Positions 63,959-64,000 of a stretch of 64,000 bases of DNA are shown here, piece after piece. Within the stretch, counting starts at the first letter, position 1; every line of letters begins with the position of its first letter. The DNA lies in NCBI RefSeq assembly GCF_902713615.1, contig NW_024055485.1, positions 1-64,000 on the forward strand, given 5' to 3'. Below the pieces are notes generated by a model. It ran no database searches, was not told the DNA's origin, and saw only the letters and a list, made by a program, of their open reading frames with translations. Source of the stretch: Scyliorhinus canicula. Its lineage: Eukaryota. Both the position numbers and the translations under genes were made by a program.

Positions 63959-64000
63959 TGTTTCTGCCCGGGGACCTTTCGCGTGTTAGGCGAATGTGAT
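63959..64000 (-). pseudogene. tRNA-Val(AAC) pseudogene, T-arm deleted, runs off the window
   Basis: tgtttctgcccg|gggacctttcgcgtgttaggcgaatgtgat lacks 11 nt of the T arm. Confidence 0.8.

Overview
Repeat-rich eukaryotic DNA from a cartilaginous fish (shark; the SINE/CR1 content resembles a catshark, but that is inference). Left part, minus strand: an apparently complete NAR-TCR cassette of the TCR-delta locus. It runs leader + IgNAR-like V (22-RSS), D (12/12 RSS), J (23-RSS), then a leaderless 'supporting' TCR-delta V with a CDR1 cysteine. That V is followed by ten tandem, correctly spaced 23-RSSs and is bracketed by a ~300-bp inverted repeat with a 97%-identical core. A decayed, V-less copy of the RSS array lies at ~20.8 kb, and exon 1 of a GPR139-like GPCR at 1.6 kb. 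Middle (15-34 kb): stacked CR1 and L1 LINEs, one interrupted by a TA-flanked Tigger/MER2-like MITE full of G-runs. Right part (36-64 kb): a tRNA array, largely a ~2.45-kb unit present in both orientations. It carries tRNA-Val (AAC/CAC/TAC), one tRNA-Arg(ACG) and tRNA-Pro genes (TGG/CGG/AGG) that all have an 18-nt intron after position 37, plus Rex1-like and CR1 insertions. Most long ORFs in the track are LINE remnants or artefacts of G-rich repeats. All coordinates were read by eye; LINE/SINE boundaries are approximate.
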